58,831 bases of DNA from Acidimicrobiia bacterium (lineage in GTDB: Bacteria > Actinomycetota > Acidimicrobiia > Spongiisociales > ZC4RG35), in contig JALSJV010000205.1 in the NCBI GenBank assembly GCA_026989215.1, positions 1 to 58,831 of the forward strand. Reading direction: 5' to 3'. Position 1 is the first letter of the stretch; every line of letters begins with the position of its first letter. Below, piece after piece: positions 55,664 to 58,831 of this stretch. The position numbers were made by a program, and so were the translations under genes. Below the pieces are notes generated by a model, which saw nothing but the letters and a program-made list of their open reading frames with translations, was not told the DNA's origin and searched no databases.

Positions 55664-56134
55664 TCGCTCCTCCTCACATGTCATGAGCTCCTCGGCACGC
55701 GACCAGGAGCTCGATGGGAGCGACCTGCGCTGGCCGGACGAATCCGTTTCGGCGTGGGCACCAGCGGTCTCGGGCCGAGGATCTCGGAGTTGCAGCGGGC
55801 ATCGTACGGACGGGTGTCGCCCTGGTCAAGACGGGACTCCGCGAAGGAGCCGGAACAGGGAAAGAAGAGGGGGTCTCTGGGTCCGGGTCCGGCTCGGGCT
55901 CGGCTGCCAGGTCCACCGTCTTCGGGCGCCCGCACTCGCTGCGGGGACAGGGTAGGGGCTGTCTCCCGCGTCGGGCACCCTCAGCCCGCCGGACCGGGTG
56001 TTCCGGGTGTCCGTGGGCGGGGGCGGTCAGGAGACCCGCCCAGTCGTCCTCCAGAGACCCCCTGTCCTGGGACCACTATCGCGCCCCGCGGCCCCCGTGT
56101 CCAGGGAAAAACTGGCAGCGGACGGGTGTTCTCG
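55664..56134 (-). promoter_or_regulatory. long rplA-rplJ spacer: expected rplJL promoter and L10-leader region
   Basis: 471 nt with no credible ORF. Its position matches the autoregulatory L10 leader of other bacteria. I did not derive a structure. Confidence 0.3.
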
Positions 56135-56851
56135 TCAGCGGGCCAGCGCCGCGACCTCGTCGAGCTTGCCGACGTCGACGTGCACACCCGGCCCCATCGT
56201 CGACGACACGGTCAGGGAGCGCACGTAACGGCCCTTCGCCGAGGCCGGCCGGGCCCGTAGGACCTCCGACGTGATCGCCGCCAGGTTCTCGACGAGCTGG
56301 TCGAGGGAGAAGGAGACCTTGCCGATCGGGACGTGGACGTTCCCGTATCGATCGTTCCGGTACTCGATCCTCCCCGCCTTGAACTCCTTCACCGCCTTGG
56401 CGATGTCGGTGGTGACGGTCCCCGCCTTCGGGTTGGGCATGAGTCCCCGAGGACCGAGGATCCGCCCCAGCTTCCCGACCTCCGCCATCATGTCGGGAGT
56501 GGCGATCGCCAGGTCGAAGTCGAGTTCACGCCCTTCGGCGATCTCGGCGGCGAGCTCCTTTCCCCCGACCACGTCGGCGCCCGCCTCGGTCGCCTCGGCA
56601 TGGCGGTCGGCGGGGGCGAAGACCGCCACCCGCAGCTCCTTGCCGGTGCCGTGGGGCAGCGACACCGTCCCCCGGACGAGCTGGTCGGCCTTGCGGGGAT
56701 CGATCCCGAGGCGGAAGACGGCCTCCACCGTCTCGTCGAAGTTGGCGAAGGCCAGGGTCTTCACCAGATCCAGGGCCTCCTGGGCCGGGTAGGCCGCGTG
56801 GCGGTCGTAGCGCTTGGCGGCCTCTCGATAGCGTTTCCCGTGCTTCGGCAT
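56135..56851 (-). CDS. rplA: 50S ribosomal protein L1
   Basis: ORF 56135..56851. [16 protein letters not shown]... and [11 protein letters not shown]. Confidence 0.97.
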   Translation of the reverse strand: MPKHGKRYREAAKRYDRHAAYPAQEALDLVKTLAFANFDETVEAVFRLGIDPRKADQLVRGTVSLPHGTGKELRVAVFAPADRHAEATEAGADVVGGKELAAEIAEGRELDFDLAIATPDMMAEVGKLGRILGPRGLMPNPKAGTVTTDIAKAVKEFKAGRIEYRNDRYGNVHVPIGKVSFSLDQLVENLAAITSEVLRARPASAKGRYVRSLTVSSTMGPGVHVDVGKLDEVAALAR

Positions 56852-56928
56852 GGTTCCTCCTGTGGTTCCGACGGAAGCTCTCCGAGGAGCTTCCTCCCAC
56901 GACGGTGCCCCCTCAGGGGCGGTCTCGT

Positions 56929-57357
56929 TCAGTCGGCGACGGTGATCCCCATCGACCGGGCCGTGCCCTCGACGATCTTCATCGCCGCCTCGATGTCGTT
57001 GGCGTTGAGGTCGGGCATCTTGATCTCGGCGATCTCCCTGATCTGGGCCCGGGTCACCGAACCCACCTTCTCCCGATGGGGCTCCGGCGAGCCCTTCTCC
57101 ACCCGGGCGGCCTGACGGAGCAGGGCCGCCGCCGGCGGGGTCTTCGTGATGAAGGTGAAGGACCGGTCCTCGTAGATGGAGATCTCGACGGGGATGATCA
57201 TCCCCCGCTGATCGGCCGTGGCGTTGTTGTAGGCCTGGACGAACTCCATCAGGTTGACGCCGTGGGGACCCAGCGCGGTCCCCACCGGCGGTGCCGGCGA
57301 GGCCTGCCCGGCCGGGAGCTGCATCTTCACGACAGCAGCGAGCTTCTTCCTACCCAT
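56929..57357 (-). CDS. rplK: 50S ribosomal protein L11
   Basis: ORF 56929..57357. [25 protein letters not shown]. Confidence 0.97.
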   Translation of the reverse strand: MGRKKLAAVVKMQLPAGQASPAPPVGTALGPHGVNLMEFVQAYNNATADQRGMIIPVEISIYEDRSFTFITKTPPAAALLRQAARVEKGSPEPHREKVGSVTRAQIREIAEIKMPDLNANDIEAAMKIVEGTARSMGITVAD

Positions 57358-57388
57358 GTTCTCTCCCGTGGATCTGGCGGCTCCGCCG

Positions 57389-58018
57389 CTAGTTCTTCTG
57401 GATGTCCTCGAATCCCAGCTCGACCGGGGTGTCCCGGCCGAAGATGTTGACGAGGACCGTGACCTTGGACTGGTCGAGGTTGATGTCCTCGATGATCCCG
57501 TTGAAGTCGGCGAAGGGCCCGGTCACGACCCGGACGCTCTCGCCCACCTCCCAGGCGGGCTTGAAGCGAGGCTTGACCTGCTCGGCCTCCTCCTTGACCC
57601 CGAGGAAACGCTCCACCTCCCGCCGGCTCAGCGGGGTCGGCTTGTTGTTCCCACCGACGAACCCGGTGACGCCCGGTGTGTTCCGAACGGCGTACCAGGA
57701 GTCGTCGTCGAGGATCATCCGAACCAGGATGTACCCGGGGAAGACCTTCCTCGGGACCGTCACCTTCTTCCCGTTCTTGATCTCGACCACGTCCTCCATG
57801 GGGATGTGGACCTCGAAGATCCGATCCTCCATGTGCATCGACTTGATGCGGGTCTCCAGGTTCGCCTTCACCTTGTTCTCGTACCCGGAGTACGAGTGGA
57901 TGACGTACCAGTCGCCCGGCAGGTCGTAGGGGCTCGGCGGCTTCGGAGCCGGCGTGGCCTCCTCGCCGAGCGTCTCGTCGGCGCCCCGGTCTTCGATCTC
58001 GGTCACCTCGGACATCAC
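57389..58018 (-). CDS. nusG: transcription termination/antitermination factor NusG
   Basis: ORF 57389..58018. NGN domain ([14 protein letters not shown]) and KOW motif ([16 protein letters not shown]). The start is either GTG 58018 or ATG 58015, and it overlaps the secE stop. Confidence 0.95.
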   Translation of the reverse strand: MMSEVTEIEDRGADETLGEEATPAPKPPSPYDLPGDWYVIHSYSGYENKVKANLETRIKSMHMEDRIFEVHIPMEDVVEIKNGKKVTVPRKVFPGYILVRMILDDDSWYAVRNTPGVTGFVGGNNKPTPLSRREVERFLGVKEEAEQVKPRFKPAWEVGESVRVVTGPFADFNGIIEDINLDQSKVTVLVNIFGRDTPVELGFEDIQKN

Positions 58019-58335
58019 ACCCTTCCGATCACGATGAGGACGGCTTCTTTGAGCACGACGTCGAGCGCGAAGATGACGAGGGTCAGGGCGACGGTGGTGA
58101 TCACGGTGACGGTGGTGAAGGCCACCATCTGCTCACGCGTCGGCCACGACACCTTCCGCAGCTCGACCCGAACCTCGTGGAGGAACGTGACGACCCGCTT
58201 CCACAGGGGCGGACGCGGCTCACCCGGCCGGGTCTTCCCGGCCGACGGCTGGGGCCGGCGCTTCCCCTCTTTCTGCTGCTGCTTCTTCTGGCGCCGTTCC
58301 TCCTTCTCCATGAGGCGGCGCATCTCTCGGTTCAT
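58015..58335 (-). CDS. secE: preprotein translocase subunit SecE
   Basis: ATG 58335 within ORF 58015..58443 (MNREMRRLMEKEE...). Lys/Arg-rich N-terminus, then VRVELRKVSWPTREQ and one TM helix. The upstream part of the ORF is the tRNA-Trp gene read as protein. Confidence 0.9.
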   Translation of the reverse strand: MNREMRRLMEKEERRQKKQQQKEGKRRPQPSAGKTRPGEPRPPLWKRVVTFLHEVRVELRKVSWPTREQMVAFTTVTVITTVALTLVIFALDVVLKEAVLIVIGRV

Positions 58336-58384
58336 CGGTGCTTCCTTCGAGGTTGGGCGATGTCTTCGTTGGGTGGTGTCTTCG

Positions 58385-58460
58385 CAGGGGTGGAGGGACT
58401 CGAACCCCCAACCTCCGGTTTTGGAGACCGGCGCTCTAACCAACTTCGAGCTACACCCCT
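58385..58460 (-). tRNA. tRNA-Trp (anticodon CCA)
   Basis: AGGGGTG-TA-GCTC-GAAGTTGGTTA-GAGC-G-CCGGT-CTCCAAA-ACCGG-AGGTT-GGGGG-TTCGAGT-CCCTC-CACCCCT-G. This is a 76-nt cloverleaf with no encoded CCA, at the conserved position upstream of secE. Confidence 0.93.
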
Positions 58461-58484
58461 AGGGGGCCGAGGGCGGGAACCGTC

Positions 58485-58514
58485 AGTATACGGATGGCCT
58501 CGATCCTCTGTAAA
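58485..58514 (-). promoter_or_regulatory. candidate sigma-70-type promoter for tRNA-Trp-secE-nusG
   Basis: Minus strand reads TTTACA-18 nt-TATACT, ending 25 nt upstream of the tRNA 5' end, in a local AT-rich island. Confidence 0.5.
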
Positions 58515-58576
58515 TCGTAACCGACCCGCGGCCCTCGTCATTTCCCCCGGCCCCGGTCGGCTTCTACGGGCTGGAG

Positions 58577-58831
58577 TCAGCCGGCGGCGAGACGGCGGCG
58601 GAGCGAGAGGGCGACGACGACCGACGCCGCCACCACCACCACCGGCACCACCGGCACCCGACGACGCGGGGCCGTCACCCCGGAGGAACGCTCGATCCCG
58701 GCCGCGAAATCCCGCGGTGCCGTGTAGCGGACGGCGCCGAGGGCGGCGAAGCCCCGGCGAAGGGCACGACCCCGGGCGACCTCGGCCTGGCAGCGCAGGC
58801 ACCCCGAGACGTGTCGAGCCACCGGCGCGAC
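58577..58831 (-). CDS. putative zf-HC2 anti-sigma-like membrane protein; N-terminus may lie outside the window
   Basis: ORF 58577..58822, with the frame open to the window edge. HVSGCLRC (Hx3Cx2C) motif and a C-terminal TM helix VPVVPVVVVAASVVVAL. Confidence 0.4.
   Translation of the reverse strand, partial: VAPVARHVSGCLRCQAEVARGRALRRGFAALGAVRYTAPRDFAAGIERSSGVTAPRRRVPVVPVVVVAASVVVALSLRRRLAAG

Noticed and set aside
55872-55910. Tandem hexamers GGGTCC GGGTCC GGCTCG GGCTCG as a microsatellite or phase-variation tract
   Set aside because: There are only two copies of each unit, in a GC-rich non-coding spacer. This is within what low-complexity high-GC sequence produces by chance.
56880-56901. 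Hairpin GGAAGCTC-CTCGGA-GAGCTTCC (minus strand) between rplK and rplA as an L1 autoregulatory site
   Set aside because: The stem is real, but I could not relate it to the L1-binding 23S rRNA or mRNA consensus from memory. That is too little evidence for a functional call.
58336-58443. N-terminal 36-aa extension of the secE ORF (MVRAPVSKTGGWGFESLHP...)
   Set aside because: This segment is the tRNA-Trp gene translated in frame. The true SecE start is ATG 58335, which has its own RBS.

Overview
High-GC (about 70%) actinobacterial-type chromosomal segment, densely coding on both strands: about 60 supportable CDS and 2 tRNAs. No rRNA, CRISPR array, transposase or prophage was seen. Most long ORFs in the track are antisense high-GC artefacts, so I kept only frames with recognisable family motifs or translational coupling.

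Main blocks, in order:
- MMPL transporter, hisC, M15 peptidase.
- A plus-strand operon: fused 2-oxoacid dehydrogenase E1 alpha/beta, a hypothetical protein, an esterase, a LOG-like protein, a small Cys protein and a MutT1-like Nudix/His-phosphatase.
- kgd (multifunctional 2-oxoglutarate dehydrogenase).
- An orphan 795-aa HerA/DUF87-like ATPase.
- A Liv-type ABC transporter (binding protein, then livHMGF convergent).
- Housekeeping-type sigma-70 factor plus CBS protein.
- arsC, DUF255 thioredoxin-domain protein, L,D-transpeptidase.
- A tightly coupled sulfur-carrier cysteine operon (moeZ-like, DUF4395, membrane thioredoxin-like, mec, cysO, cysM), divergent from a second cysteine synthase-like gene.
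- TauE/SafE exporter, ECF sigma/anti-sigma pair, tRNA-Sec (selC), maeB, hflX, ppgK, amidase, gnd, AbiEi/DUF559 protein, serB, C69-like peptidase, pepN.
- The conserved tRNA-Trp-secE-nusG-rplKAJL cluster.

Best candidates for a second look:
1. A palindrome-cored repeat family (GAACCCWGGGTTC) found only in three promoter-bearing spacers around gnd/serB, including a 50/51-identical tandem duplication.
2. selC with no selenoprotein or sel gene visible in the window.
3. The extended CysO/Mec/MoeZ operon, with two extra membrane/redox genes and a domain-permuted E1-like enzyme.
4. A roughly 310-nt structured, lower-GC leader in front of the TauE/SafE gene.
5. A cluster of DnaA-box-like sites upstream of the sigma factor gene.

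None of these is proven. All family calls come from motif recognition by eye, without database searches.
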